From positions 1 through 64,000 of the IMG/VR virus record IMGVR_UViG_3300048999_000192: a stretch of DNA of 64,000 bases; one strand, given 5' to 3'. The notes below the pieces were generated by a model. It saw only the letters and a program-made list of their open reading frames with translations. It ran no database searches and was not told the origin of the DNA. The translations under genes were made by a program, and so were the position numbers. This stretch comes from a virus. This document shows, one piece after another, positions 7,058-15,839 of the stretch (its first letter is position 1; the number at the start of each line of letters is the position of its first letter).

Positions 7058-7216
7058 ACGACACTCCTGATGACCTCATGCGGGGCACCCGGATTGGCAC
7101 CCTCGCAGATCTTGATGAATGCCGACAGATGGGGATCGCAGCACAGGGCGTTGCAGACTTCCCAGACGGCGGGTGCCCCACAGTCGGTCTGACCGGGGAC
7201 CTTCAGCGTGCACAGC

Positions 7217-7420
7217 TCAGCCATCGATCTTCACCACCTCGATCACGGGAGGGTTCTCCAGTCCTTGGGTGAGCTCGCGCAGGCCCGGCAGGATGTGGGC
7301 GTCGCAGACCCGGAGTTCATCCCGGGTCTTCTCGGCGCGCAGGTACCAGTAGGCCACGATCGTGCACCGGGCCGTCTTGTCCTCCAGGAGCGGCCAGTCG
7401 ATGCCGTCGCAGGCGATCAC
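7217..7420 (-). CDS. small Cys-containing hypothetical protein
   Basis: Coupled ORF. Confidence 0.55.
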   Translation of the reverse strand: MIACDGIDWPLLEDKTARCTIVAYWYLRAEKTRDELRVCDAHILPGLRELTQGLENPPVIEVVKIDG

Positions 7421-7752
7421 GAGAGCTTCCAGGAGGGCTTGTAGCCGTCCCTGGTGGCGTAGATCCCTGCCATGATCCGGATGCCCGCCTCGGACTGCTC
7501 GATGAGCTGCTCCTCACCGGTGAGGTAGGCGAACGCCAGCCGGTTCAGCAGATCCATCTTCCCCAGGGCGTCGTCCACGTGCTGCTGGGCCAGCAGCTCC
7601 ATCCGCCCCTGGTCGATCTTGAGCTTGCGGATGAGCCGGTTCGGCTTGACGTTGATGAGCGTGTCGCGTGCCCCCTTGCTGGCCGCCAGCTCGCCCGTCA
7701 GCACCTCCATGGTCCAGTCGTACATCTCCTGGACCTCCTCGGGCAGTTTCAC
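7417..7752 (-). CDS. hypothetical protein
   Basis: AAGGAG RBS, GTG start; ends LAFAY...IYATRDGYKPSW. Confidence 0.65.
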   Translation of the reverse strand: MKLPEEVQEMYDWTMEVLTGELAASKGARDTLINVKPNRLIRKLKIDQGRMELLAQQHVDDALGKMDLLNRLAFAYLTGEEQLIEQSEAGIRIMAGIYATRDGYKPSWKLS

Positions 7753-7967
7753 GCGCTCTCCTTCCAGGTGTAGATCCAGACCGATCCGGCCTGGCGCTTG
7801 ACGACCTCGCCCCGGCGATACGTGCCGAACCCGGGTGTGTCCGCGTTCCCCTGCGGGGTGTGGACGTGCACCTCCTCGCTGGGGTCGCCGTCTGGGCCGG
7901 ACGGGATGTGGAGCAGCTCCCCGTCGCGGGGGCCACCCCACAACTCCGCGTGGTGACTGAGCATCAT
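7749..7967 (-). CDS. hypothetical protein
   Basis: GGPRDG motif common in small phage proteins. Confidence 0.6.
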   Translation of the reverse strand: MMLSHHAELWGGPRDGELLHIPSGPDGDPSEEVHVHTPQGNADTPGFGTYRRGEVVKRQAGSVWIYTWKESA

Positions 7968-8173
7968 CAGCGCATCCTCATGACGACGAAACTGCGGCCG
8001 ACCTTCTCCGGCAGCGCGGTGGCGAAGCAGTTGTGCATCCACTTCACCCCGGCCTTGGTCCGGTACTTCGCCAGCGTCATGCAGCGCGGCTCGTCGTCCT
8101 CGTCCTTGTAGACCAGAACGAGGTGCCACTGCTCAGGGAAGAAGCGGTCGAGAAGATTTTTAAATGATTTCAC
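7967..8173 (-). CDS. hypothetical protein
   Basis: GGAGG RBS, GTG start. Confidence 0.6.
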   Translation of the reverse strand: MKSFKNLLDRFFPEQWHLVLVYKDEDDEPRCMTLAKYRTKAGVKWMHNCFATALPEKVGRSFVVMRMR

Positions 8174-8412
8174 GCGTCCTCCCGGGGCTTCCATTCGATC
8201 GCCTTCTGGTGGGCCAGGGCCGCCTCGATCTCGCGCCAGTCCGGCAGGTCGTACCAGGCGCCGAGCCGGACGTACGGCAGCCCCTGCTGGCCCCGGATCT
8301 TGTACAAGTCCCGGCCGCCGCGTACGACGAGGATGTCCGCCAGCGGGATGCGGTGCTCGAACCGCCAGTCGTCGAGGAAGGGCCAGTCGCTGGTGACGGC
8401 GATGATCTTCAC
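8170..8412 (-). CDS. hypothetical protein
   Basis: Coupled ORF. Confidence 0.55.
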   Translation of the reverse strand: MKIIAVTSDWPFLDDWRFEHRIPLADILVVRGGRDLYKIRGQQGLPYVRLGAWYDLPDWREIEAALAHQKAIEWKPREDA

Positions 8413-8624
8413 GAGAACACGTCCCTGAGTCCGTACCGGCCCGCCTGCTCCCCGTGCAGGCGGTTGGCGTAGTTGATGGCCTCCTGGGCGATGGCGAGGC
8501 TGTAGAAGGGCTTGATCTCCCCCTTGAACGGCACGGTCACCTCGCCGTGGGGGCAGACGAAGACGACCTCCCACCGCTTGACCAGCTCCAGGCGGCAGGC
8601 GATTCGGAGCCACAGCTCCTTCAT
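8409..8624 (-). CDS. hypothetical protein
   Basis: GGAGG RBS. Confidence 0.55.
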   Translation of the reverse strand: MKELWLRIACRLELVKRWEVVFVCPHGEVTVPFKGEIKPFYSLAIAQEAINYANRLHGEQAGRYGLRDVFS

Positions 8625-8626
8625 GA

Positions 8627-9103
8627 TCAGCCCTCCCCCTCGGCGGTCAGCAGCCAGTACGGGCGCTTCTGCTCGGGGCGGATGTCCAGGAGCTCCAGCG
8701 CCCGCTGGAGCTTGGCGTTCCACTCGTTGTAGGGGTATCCGTCGAGCTCGCTGCGGGTGATCGGGAGCGTCTCGCTCTGGTGCACCGAGTACTTCTTGGT
8801 GAAGATCACATAGCCGGAGTACTCATGATGCCCGTGCGTGTCGAGCTGGACCCCCACCTTGCGTGCGGCGGCGGCCTTGGCCTCGCGATAGGCGTCGTAC
8901 GGCGGCGTGTCGAAGTCGTCCCGGCGGAAGTCGCCGATCTTGTCGAGCAGGAAATCGTCGGCGTCCCCGCAGAAGTCGGGGTTGTCGGCATTGAGCCAGG
9001 GGCGGCTGAACTCCTCGAACTCGCCGAGACCCTCGATCTTCCACTCATGGTCGTTGCCGCCCAGCACGTAGCCGTACAGGAACAGACCTTCGATGCTGCT
9101 CAT
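8627..9103 (-). CDS. hypothetical protein
   Basis: Typical codon usage, ATGA overlap. Confidence 0.75.
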   Translation of the reverse strand: MSSIEGLFLYGYVLGGNDHEWKIEGLGEFEEFSRPWLNADNPDFCGDADDFLLDKIGDFRRDDFDTPPYDAYREAKAAAARKVGVQLDTHGHHEYSGYVIFTKKYSVHQSETLPITRSELDGYPYNEWNAKLQRALELLDIRPEQKRPYWLLTAEGEG

Positions 9104-9354
9104 GCGCTCTTCTTCCTCTCGCGGTTCCGGCGGTACTCAAGACCCGCCCGGCGCAACTTCAGGATCACCCGGTCGAGCGAGTGGTGGTCGGACGCGGTGC
9201 TGGGGGAGAAGACCTGCTCACCCTCCGGCGACCGCCAGGAAAAGTGCCCGCCCCGGGTGTGGGTGATCGTCCACCCCTGGTCGATGGCGGCCCGTGCGAT
9301 CGGCCGCCACTCCTTCTTCATCGCCTTGGGGATCCGGCGGTTGCCGTTGCTCAC
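9100..9354 (-). CDS. HicA-like toxin domain protein
   Basis: QGWTITHTRGGHFSWRSPEG...STASD...LRRAG matches the HicA-fold pattern with conserved GxH. Confidence 0.7.
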   Translation of the reverse strand: MSNGNRRIPKAMKKEWRPIARAAIDQGWTITHTRGGHFSWRSPEGEQVFSPSTASDHHSLDRVILKLRRAGLEYRRNRERKKSA

Positions 9355-9857
9355 GAGGGATCCTCGCCCATCCGGCGGATGCCGACCAGGGCGTTCTCGA
9401 TCATGCGCAGGACGGCCTGAGACTCGTCCTGCGGGCCCAGGTACTTCAAGTCCAGCCCCGCGTACGTGTTGGGCGGCGGGGAGGCCACACGGTCGCCCAG
9501 ATCCTTCAGGGCCCGGCGGGCGTACTGCACCTGGGCCTCGGCACGTTGCAGGCGGCTCTTGACGTACTCAGCCGTCTGGCTGGCGGCGGTGGCCGTACCG
9601 ATCGTGCCACCGCCGCCCAGCACCTCAAAAAGCTCGTCTGCCAGGGTTAGGTCATCGTCGAGCCACTCGGCCCGTACGGTCGCCTGCTCGATCAGGTAGC
9701 AGGTGCCGGTGTAGAGCTCATGCTGGCGGGTCTCCGAAAGCGAGGAGAACCCCTTGAGCTCGTAGCGCAGGTAGCGGTCGACATCTGATGGCGTTATCGC
9801 TTTGCGCCGGATCAAGAGCCGGGCAATGCGTTTCGGATCGGTATCGGGGGATGCCAT
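9351..9857 (-). CDS. hypothetical protein, probably leaderless
   Basis: ATG lies 6 nt after a TAGAGT -10 box. Confidence 0.7.
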   Translation of the reverse strand: MASPDTDPKRIARLLIRRKAITPSDVDRYLRYELKGFSSLSETRQHELYTGTCYLIEQATVRAEWLDDDLTLADELFEVLGGGGTIGTATAASQTAEYVKSRLQRAEAQVQYARRALKDLGDRVASPPPNTYAGLDLKYLGPQDESQAVLRMIENALVGIRRMGEDPS

Positions 9858-9863
9858 CCCCGC

Positions 9864-9892
9864 ACTCTACCAAGAAAGCCTGGAGCGGTCGA
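9864..9892 (-). promoter_or_regulatory. phage promoter with palindromic spacer
   Basis: TCGACC-17 bp (GCTCCAGGCTTTCTTGG)-TAGAGT. Confidence 0.7.
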
Positions 9893-10437
9893 GCACTACT
9901 CCCAGTAGATCTGAGAGCCGGTGTTCGCCCCGCATATCGAGCACTGGTACGTGATCGTCACACGGACCCGGCCTTTGGCATCCGGGGAGTCGCGCTTGGT
10001 GACGCTGGTCTTCTGGTTGCAGTCGTGCTCTTTCTCGGGCATGCCTACCTCCCCCGGCCGCAGGTGCAGCGGTTGATGGGGTAGTGGCAGATCGGGCAGT
10101 CCGGGACCTTCGGGGGATCCGGCTTGGGCTCGGGCTTCGGGTCCGGCGAGTCGCCGTTCGTTCCCATCAGCGGTTCTGCTCCTTCAGGGCCTCGGCCTCG
10201 CGCTCGCCCTGCTCGATGCGGTCTCGCTCGGCCTGCTGCTCAGCCGCCACCTGCTTCTCGTACTGCAGGCGGGCGGTCTCCTTCTCGTCGCTCACGGGTC
10301 TCCTGATGCTCGGGTGCGTTGGAGCGGTGTAAGGTGCGTCCACACCTCGAAAATGATCGAGGCCACCCGGTGAGTCCGATGCTTGCAACATCGGCGGGCA
10401 GCCTCGATTAACCAGACGAATTGGGGCCGAGTCTAAC

Positions 10438-11451
10438 GTGCCTATCTCAGCGCGCCAAGTTCCGCGCATCTCCGCAGCTCTCCAGGCTTTCCTGGTGAAG
10501 CATACCGGCTCCACGAGAGCGATCTACGAGTCCCGCATCTACGCCGCCGTCGGCTCCGGCATGACCGAGCTGTCCGGCGTGCGTGCCCTGGAGGCCGCCA
10601 GCGGCCTCGGGCGCCAGACCCTCCTGGACACCCTGCCCGACCAGGGCGCCGCCTCCGAGCACGGCCTGATCGTCGGCCTGAGCCGGGGCACCTTCGACTA
10701 CGAGCACCCTGAGGTCGGCGAGTACTCCTTCGCTGACCTGGGGAAATCCGACACCGGCTGGATCCGGAACACCTTCGGGCGTCAGGGATTTATCTCTGAG
10801 TCCAGGGGAGGGGTGGTCAGCCCCCTGTCTGTGGTGAAAGACCAGGTAGAACCCTCTCAGACCGGAGGTGCTCCGGATCTCGCCGGTGTTCTCCGGACGG
10901 CCTCGGACAGGCTCGGACGCGAGGAGGTGCGCCTGGCGCTGGACCCCTCGCTGGACTCGTGGGCCCCGTACGGCCGGGATACTCCGACGCGGGTCGGCCA
11001 CCGTGGCTGGGCCCTGGCGCTCGTGCTGGGCCTGCAGGACTGCGAGCTCACGCTGAGCCAGGTCCAGACCCTGACGGGCCTCTCCGAGCGGCAGAATCGT
11101 GCCCTGGTCGGGCACCTGGAGACCGCCGGGCTGGCCAGCCGGGTGAGGCGCGGCCGGGAGACTCACGTGGTCTTCCTGCTGGACAGCGTGCTGGTCAACC
11201 CGTACGCCATGTCGTATGATCCGGACGCAGACCGCGCCGAGAGGGCCCGCAAGAAGCGCGAGCGGGCGCACTGGGAGGCGGCCTGCCTCCGCAGTCGCCG
11301 GACTACCCACGGCCGCGAGGCCCGGCAGCTCATCCGGTTCTTCCGCCCAGACGAGACCACGCCGCCCCAGGTCATCGACCTGATGCGGTACCACAATCAG
11401 CTCCAGCTCGCCAAGCTGCTGGAGTCCGAATTCACCTGGAAGGCCGCATGA
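10438..11451 (+). CDS. winged-HTH DNA-binding protein (start uncertain)
   Basis: LTLSQVQTLTGLSERQNRALVGHLETAGLASR helix-turn-helix-wing pattern. Confidence 0.6.
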   Translation: MPISARQVPRISAALQAFLVKHTGSTRAIYESRIYAAVGSGMTELSGVRALEAASGLGRQTLLDTLPDQGAASEHGLIVGLSRGTFDYEHPEVGEYSFADLGKSDTGWIRNTFGRQGFISESRGGVVSPLSVVKDQVEPSQTGGAPDLAGVLRTASDRLGREEVRLALDPSLDSWAPYGRDTPTRVGHRGWALALVLGLQDCELTLSQVQTLTGLSERQNRALVGHLETAGLASRVRRGRETHVVFLLDSVLVNPYAMSYDPDADRAERARKKRERAHWEAACLRSRRTTHGREARQLIRFFRPDETTPPQVIDLMRYHNQLQLAKLLESEFTWKAA

Positions 11452-11711
11452 GTTCTCTCCCCACCCACCATGAGCTCTACGAGCCCGACGTGGCCGCCGC
11501 CCTGCTCGACCAGATCAACGGCGACGGCGACAAGGCGTACGCCCGGCTGGAGCGCATCTACGACAACGCCATGCTCAACGGCAACGAGACCACCGTGCCC
11601 GGCATCCTGGCCGCCTTCCTGGTCCTCTGCCGGATCGTGGCGAACATGCATCCGGAGGACGTCCGGATCTTCCTCACCGACAAGATCATCGAAGGAGGGG
11701 CCGAAGAGTGA
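11448..11711 (+). CDS. hypothetical protein
   Basis: ATGA overlap. Confidence 0.7.
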   Translation: MSSLPTHHELYEPDVAAALLDQINGDGDKAYARLERIYDNAMLNGNETTVPGILAAFLVLCRIVANMHPEDVRIFLTDKIIEGGAEE

Positions 11712-11944
11712 CCACTCCCCCGTCCGTCCCCTACAAGGAGCTGGCCCTGGCCGTCGTCGATGCCGACGGTGGCTCGCTGGGGCTCCACGCCAACCGCGTC
11801 GAGCAGGTCAGCGTCGAGGTCATCTACGACTCCGACAAGCCCGACCTGCTGGGCCGCATCCCGCCGCGCTCGGAGAGCCCGGACGAGATCATCATCCGGA
11901 TCACGCGGCCGAAGAGCTACACCCTGACCAGGGAGATCATCTGA
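11708..11944 (+). CDS. hypothetical protein
   Basis: GGAGG RBS, GTGA overlap. Confidence 0.7.
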   Translation: MTTPPSVPYKELALAVVDADGGSLGLHANRVEQVSVEVIYDSDKPDLLGRIPPRSESPDEIIIRITRPKSYTLTREII

Positions 11945-12504
11945 TGGACACCCCCGAAGACGCCGCACGGGCCGAGGCGGTCACCGAGGCCGCTGAAGCC
12001 ATCCGGCGCGACCGCGCCCAGATCAAAGAGCTCCACGCGAGCCTGGAGAAGCTCTGGGTCAAGGTCACCCTGCTGGAGGGCCTCAGCTCCGAGCCGGAGG
12101 TGGGCCTGACCGTCGGCGACGCCCACGCCCGGCTCGACCGGCAGCAGGAGTGGCTGCAGACCCTGGAGGGTCTGACCCGGGGCAACATCTCCGACGTCGA
12201 GCACAAGCTGACCACCGACCGCGAGCGGGACACCGCCATCGCCCAGGCCTTCTTCTCCCTCGGCCAACTCGCCGCCGACGTGCAGATCATCAAGGCTCAG
12301 ATGGAGAAGTACGGGCGGGAGGTCCATCCGGACCTGACGTCCAAGAACGACATCACCGCCAGGATCATCAACGCGACGGTGTTCAACGTGCTGAACGACG
12401 TCATGGAGGGGCTGGAGACCCACGAGCTGACCCGGGCCAAGGTCGACCAGTTCGTACGCCTCCTGGAGGCCAACCAGCTCCAGCTCGTCCTGAAGGTCGA
12501 CTGA
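11944..12504 (+). CDS. coiled-coil hypothetical protein
   Basis: TGATG overlap; 3' part of track ORF 11470..12504. Confidence 0.7.
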   Translation: MDTPEDAARAEAVTEAAEAIRRDRAQIKELHASLEKLWVKVTLLEGLSSEPEVGLTVGDAHARLDRQQEWLQTLEGLTRGNISDVEHKLTTDRERDTAIAQAFFSLGQLAADVQIIKAQMEKYGREVHPDLTSKNDITARIINATVFNVLNDVMEGLETHELTRAKVDQFVRLLEANQLQLVLKVD

Positions 12505-12726
12505 ATGGTCATCCGGCTGCAGTGGGCCATGCGCCGGATGCTGGGCTGGAAGCCGCTCAGCGATGGCGATCAGCGGCTCGTGGAGCTCGGGTACGAAGTC
12601 CACAACATGAACGAACTGCTCAAAACTCTGCTCCAGAGCAACGGCCGGGCGCTCGATGGCGTCGGTGAGGTCGCCGAGCGCGTGGCCGCGCTGGAGCATC
12701 GCGTGAAAGACCTGGAGGGCTCGTGA
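12505..12726 (+). CDS. small coiled-coil protein
   Basis: Adjacent ORF with heptad pattern. Confidence 0.6.
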   Translation: MVIRLQWAMRRMLGWKPLSDGDQRLVELGYEVHNMNELLKTLLQSNGRALDGVGEVAERVAALEHRVKDLEGS

Positions 12727-12995
12727 CCAACCCCACCGAGTCGATGGCGGAGTTCATCCTCCGCCTGGAGACCACCGACGTGATGCCCCCGGCCCCGGCT
12801 GACCCGCCGACGGCGGTGTCCGTGGCCAGGATCGCCGAGCAGTACCCGTGCCTGTACTGCGGGAAGCCCTCCAACGCGGCGCTGCACTCCGACCACAAGC
12901 TGTTCGGCCCGCGCTGGCTGGACCTGTGTATGCACTGCTACATGCTGTTCGTGCAGGCCTCCGACGGCCGCGAGGAGAAGGAGCTCAGGACATGA
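12723..12995 (+). CDS. Zn-finger hypothetical protein
   Basis: CLYCG...DLCMHC. Confidence 0.65.
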   Translation: MTNPTESMAEFILRLETTDVMPPAPADPPTAVSVARIAEQYPCLYCGKPSNAALHSDHKLFGPRWLDLCMHCYMLFVQASDGREEKELRT

Positions 12996-13276
12996 GGCCT
13001 CTCACTATCGGCCAGCCGTCCGCCAACCGTATCGAGGACACGTTCCCCCACGTCAACCAGCGGATCTACGAGCTGGTGCAGGCGGTGAACGACGCCAACC
13101 GGCGCATCGAGAACCTGGAGCACATGGTCCGGTTCCTGGTGGCGCACTACGACGGCGGCAAGTCACCGGTGGAGGGTCTGGCCAAGGCGCAGGTCGACTA
13201 TCTGGAGGCCACCCTCGGCGCGGCGGAGCTGCGCTCGCGTGCCCGGCTGCCGTTCACCAAGGAGGACGACGGATGA
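12992..13276 (+). CDS. hypothetical protein
   Basis: AAGGAG RBS, ATGA overlap. Confidence 0.6.
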   Translation: MRPLTIGQPSANRIEDTFPHVNQRIYELVQAVNDANRRIENLEHMVRFLVAHYDGGKSPVEGLAKAQVDYLEATLGAAELRSRARLPFTKEDDG

Positions 13277-13662
13277 CCAAGATGACTCCCATCGGGCAGA
13301 TCCAGTACCTCGAAGGCATGGTCCAGGCGCTCATGCGCGCCACGGTGGCCGCCGAACGCCGCCGGGGCCGTACGTGGGTCGAGATCGGCGAGGACTTCGG
13401 CGTCGGCCACTCCACGGTGCACCAGCGCTTCGCCGGGTACGTCAAACAGGCGATCAATCCGAGTACGGCCTGGCAGGCCATCGCCGCGCTGGCCGCTGAG
13501 AACGCTCAGGAGACCCCTGAGGTCCCCCTGGGGTTCGAGCCCCGGCTGAACACCGTCGAGGCCCTCGTGGCCCTCCTGGTGGACGAGCAGGGCTATGACT
13601 GGGAACGATCCTTCGAGGAGGCGCGTCTCATCCCTGCCTCTCCCCGTAAGGAAGTGTCGTGA
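13273..13662 (+). CDS. HTH DNA-binding protein
   Basis: RRRGRTWVEIGEDFGVGHSTVHQRF actinobacterial HTH signature. Confidence 0.8.
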   Translation: MTKMTPIGQIQYLEGMVQALMRATVAAERRRGRTWVEIGEDFGVGHSTVHQRFAGYVKQAINPSTAWQAIAALAAENAQETPEVPLGFEPRLNTVEALVALLVDEQGYDWERSFEEARLIPASPRKEVS

Positions 13663-13862
13663 TGGCTCTCGAAGAATGGCGCTCGTCCGACTGGCTCGTC
13701 CGGCTCGTGATCGTCGCGTTCGCCGTAGTGCTCATCGCCATCATCGGCGGCGTCGCCTACAACCAGATCTCCGCGACGAAGCGCTGCCATGACGTCGGCG
13801 GCCGGTATGTCAAAGAGGGCTACCGGTACGAATGCATCAAGGGCGAACGCGTCCACCCGTAA
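13659..13862 (+). CDS. small membrane protein with CHDxGG..EC ectodomain
   Basis: One TM helix then C-x15-C. Confidence 0.7.
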   Translation: MMALEEWRSSDWLVRLVIVAFAVVLIAIIGGVAYNQISATKRCHDVGGRYVKEGYRYECIKGERVHP

Positions 13863-13874
13863 CTCTCCCCCGAG

Positions 13875-14084
13875 GTGATAATGCGCAGTTGGTACAAGGA
13901 GCATCGCGGCCCCATCCTCTTCACCGTCTTCCTGGTCGTGATCTTCGGCGGCCTCGCCGTCATCGTCACGTTCGCGATCATCAACGACTCGGCTTCGGAG
14001 CAGCGCTGCCACGACGCGGGCGGGCACTGGGTCCAGCGGAAGGCCGGAGCCGAGTGCTGGGTGGGTCACAAGATCAAGGTGTAG
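13875..14084 (+). CDS. small membrane protein, paralog of previous gene
   Basis: One TM helix then RCHDAGGHWV...AEC. Confidence 0.7.
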   Translation: MIMRSWYKEHRGPILFTVFLVVIFGGLAVIVTFAIINDSASEQRCHDAGGHWVQRKAGAECWVGHKIKV

Positions 14085-14157
14085 GTAGGTAGTACCTACC
14101 CACCCTCCGTAGTACGGTACGACGGTAGTAAGGACCCACCTACCGTCGTACCGGAGG
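14081..14157. repeat. GTAG/CTAC-rich element 1
   Basis: GGTAGGTAGTACCTACCCAC at 14084-14103; perfect 14-bp inverted repeat 14115-14128/14140-14153. Confidence 0.85.
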
Positions 14158-14161
14158 ACCC

Positions 14162-14458
14162 ATGTACATCTGCATCGACGACGAGCGCGAGCGGGCGGCC
14201 ATCGTCGCCACCCGACCGGCTGAGCGTCACAACGTCGAGGTGCGCTTCATCCACGGCCTGACCGACCTGTCCGGCGTCCCGATCGACGACCTGCTGGCAG
14301 AGATCCGCCTGCGGGCCAGCGTGGACGAGGGCCTGGAGAGCACCCTGGCCTACGACACCGATGGCAAGGCAGAGCCGATGAAGCCGGACCCGCACCTGCT
14401 GGACGACGTCGAGCGGCACATCGAGCCTCGCAGCAAGCCGAAGTCCAAGGGTAGGTAG
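14162..14458 (+). CDS. hypothetical protein flanked by 20-bp direct repeats
   Basis: GGAGG RBS. Confidence 0.75.
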   Translation: MYICIDDERERAAIVATRPAERHNVEVRFIHGLTDLSGVPIDDLLAEIRLRASVDEGLESTLAYDTDGKAEPMKPDPHLLDDVERHIEPRSKPKSKGR

Positions 14459-14510
14459 TACCTACCCACGTACGTACGGTAGTACGGTAGGTACTACCTA
14501 CCTACCCCCA
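14450..14510. repeat. GTAG/CTAC-rich element 2
   Basis: Same 20-mer at 14450-14469; 16-bp inverted copy at 14487-14502. Confidence 0.85.
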
Positions 14511-14522
14511 CCCGGAGGCCTC

Positions 14523-14684
14523 GTGAAGATCTGCCGCAGGAAGACCCCGCCCGCCGAGACGCCCGAGGAGGGCAAGAGGCTCGGCGACAAGCTCCAGGAG
14601 GCTCTTGGCGACGTCGGGCAGGCCCCGCCCAAAACCCGCGCGCAGGACATCATCGACCGGTCCAAGGGCAAGAAGAAGCCGTAA
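14523..14684 (+). CDS. small basic protein
   Basis: Not in ORF track; GGAGG RBS, GTG to TAA. Confidence 0.55.
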   Translation: MKICRRKTPPAETPEEGKRLGDKLQEALGDVGQAPPKTRAQDIIDRSKGKKKP

Positions 14685-15037
14685 GCGCCTGCTTTCAGAT
14701 CGTGACCATGGTCCGTAACCTGGCTCCCTAAGACCACAAGTCGGAGGGAAGCATGTTCCGGAACATGAAGACCCAGGCCACCGTGGATTATGTCGACGGT
14801 GGCCTGTGGATTGTCTGCGGGTGCGGCCAGCGGGTCGTCGAGCTGAAGATGGGCAAACCGTGGCCGGACATCGTCGCCGAGATGACTCGACACGAATGTC
14901 CCGAAGACAACCGAAAGAAGCGGTAGCAGGCTCTAACCATCCTTGGTAGGGTTCGCCCCGTCGATATGACGAGCGTGAGCCCCTCCATCGTCCGGAGCGA
15001 TCTTCCCGGCCGCTAAGGTCTAGGCGGCTATCTGCCC

Positions 15038-15073
15038 AAGGGCTCTCGCCGATCTCAATGGTGAGAGCCCTTT
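15038..15073 (+). terminator. terminator-like hairpin in leader of nucleotidyltransferase gene
   Basis: AAGGGCTCTCGCC/GGTGAGAGCCCTT stem followed by a short T run. Confidence 0.55.
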
Positions 15074-15099
15074 GCATGCGACAAGGAAGGACGAATGGG

Positions 15100-15768
15100 G
15101 TGAACATACTGCTCAAGGGCGTTTTGGGGACGCCTGGGATTCAACCGGAAGCCGACGCCGTGGGCGTCTATGCGGCCCCCACCGAGGAGTTCCACGGGCT
15201 GAAGCTTCCGGTGCCGGTGCTCTTCTGCGAGCCGTACGGCGTGCTGCTGGAGGCCCGGGAGTTCTGCTCCCGCGCGCTGGAGTGCGAACCGGCGCTGCTG
15301 CGCCTGCTGTGGGCCCCGGAGAGCGCTCTGGAGGTCCGTACGCCCTTCGGCGACCAGCTCCGGGAGCTCCGTGGCGCCTTCCCCTCCCTGGGCCCCATGC
15401 GAGAGGCCTACGGCCGCGCGCTGATGGCCGAGCTCCGCGAGGTCGCCCACCCGGGCCTGCCCGCCGAGGAGGTCGAGGGGAGCGCCCTGCGGCTGCGCCA
15501 GCTCGGTAACGAGGCGCTCTCGCTCTACCGGACCGGCCAGATACTCGCCACGCCGGAGGACCCCGAGGACGTCGAGGCGTTCTGCTGGCACGCCGGGCAG
15601 GGCCACTTCGACCGGATGCGCGACTACGTCCTGTGGATCCAGGCCGAGCTCAACTCCGAGACGAGCTGGCGGAACCTGGACAGCAAGCTCCCCATCGAGC
15701 CGGACACCGCCCTGATCGAGGAGTGGCTGCGGTACGTCCGGACTCGCTACTTCATGGTCGGCGACTAA
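15100..15768 (+). CDS. RlaP/NrdC.11-like (Pol-beta superfamily) nucleotidyltransferase homolog, active site degenerate
   Basis: ILLKGVLG...GVYAAPTEEFHGL...EAREFCSRAL..PALLRLLW...TPFGDQLRELRGAF...PDTALIEEWLRYVR follows the family pattern but lacks GS and DxD. Confidence 0.65.
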   Translation: MNILLKGVLGTPGIQPEADAVGVYAAPTEEFHGLKLPVPVLFCEPYGVLLEAREFCSRALECEPALLRLLWAPESALEVRTPFGDQLRELRGAFPSLGPMREAYGRALMAELREVAHPGLPAEEVEGSALRLRQLGNEALSLYRTGQILATPEDPEDVEAFCWHAGQGHFDRMRDYVLWIQAELNSETSWRNLDSKLPIEPDTALIEEWLRYVRTRYFMVGD

Positions 15769-15770
15769 AG

Positions 15771-15823
15771 ATTTTAAAATGATTGCTCTCCAAGGATTCC
15801 TGGAGTAGCGTGGACCTCGCCAC
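15771..15823 (+). promoter_or_regulatory. phage promoter
   Basis: ATTTTAAAAT, TTGCTC-17 bp (TCCAAGGATTCCTGGAG)-TAGCGT, then GCCAC. Confidence 0.75.
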
Positions 15824-15839
15824 GACACGAGGAGAGACC

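Noticed and set aside
8153-8172. AAATCATTTAAAAATCTT tract on the minus strand resembling the promoter AT element
   Set aside because: Lies in a coding start with no dyad or -10 box at the expected distance
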